From positions 2,550-66,257 of the forward strand of contig NW_027192233.1 of NCBI RefSeq assembly GCF_041956535.1: DNA of 63,708 bases, written 5' to 3'. Numbering within the stretch: position 1 is the first letter of the stretch; every line of letters starts with the position of its first letter. Under the pieces are notes generated by a model that had not been told where the DNA came from, searched no databases, and saw nothing but the letters and a program-made list of their open reading frames with translations. Position numbers and translations under genes: made by a program. Of the stretch, positions 63,591 to 63,708 are shown one piece after another. Origin of the DNA: Calcarisporiella thermophila CBS 279.70. Taxonomy: Eukaryota; Fungi; Calcarisporiellomycota.

Positions 63591-63708
63591 TTAAATTAAC
63601 AAACTTAAGCGGTAATGATAGAAAGAACAATTGTATGACTTCGGAAAGATTTGTTTATATGATGTGACTTTGAAAATAAAACAGATTATAACAGTAACTA
63701 AATGGGAA

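Noticed and set aside
1-63708. CRISPR arrays, rRNA, SECIS or stop-codon readthrough signals
   Set aside because: None seen; no repeat-spacer pattern, and in-frame stops occur only in decayed relics.

Overview
Eukaryotic genomic DNA from an intron-rich fungus, most likely an early-diverging lineage (Mucoromycota-like; inferred from gene families and intron style, not proven). The window has two compartments. (1) About 1-31.4 kb is AT-rich, gene-sparse and full of transposon relics: an L1-like LINE 3' end, a TIR element carrying DIRS reverse-transcriptase fragments, four Tc1 relics, a chromovirus 3' end, a CMC/CACTA-type MITE spanning a probably spurious N gap, and two Crinkler (CRN) pseudogenes. 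Its few intact genes look interaction-related: a secreted Cys-rich Kex2-processed protein resembling yeast K1 killer preprotoxin (with a decayed paralog ~8 kb away), a secreted class-3 lipase, a putatively secreted Zn-dependent nucleoside/guanine deaminase, a self-sufficient P450-reductase fusion with an extra N-terminal domain, and a secreted DUF4360 protein. (2) From tRNA-Phe at 31.5 kb to the end is a dense core region: WRS1, RSM10, an Elongin-B-like gene, NDUFA8, a RING-CH ligase, TEL2, a Pga1-like membrane protein, RRP36, a Ran1/Pat1-type kinase, VPS28, a single-pass membrane protein, an MSP/VAP-like protein, a SAC7-like RhoGAP, IDH2, a hypothetical membrane protein and SRP40. All calls were made by eye from motifs and recalled family consensus sequences; no searches were run. 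Multi-exon CDS coordinates are start-to-stop spans.
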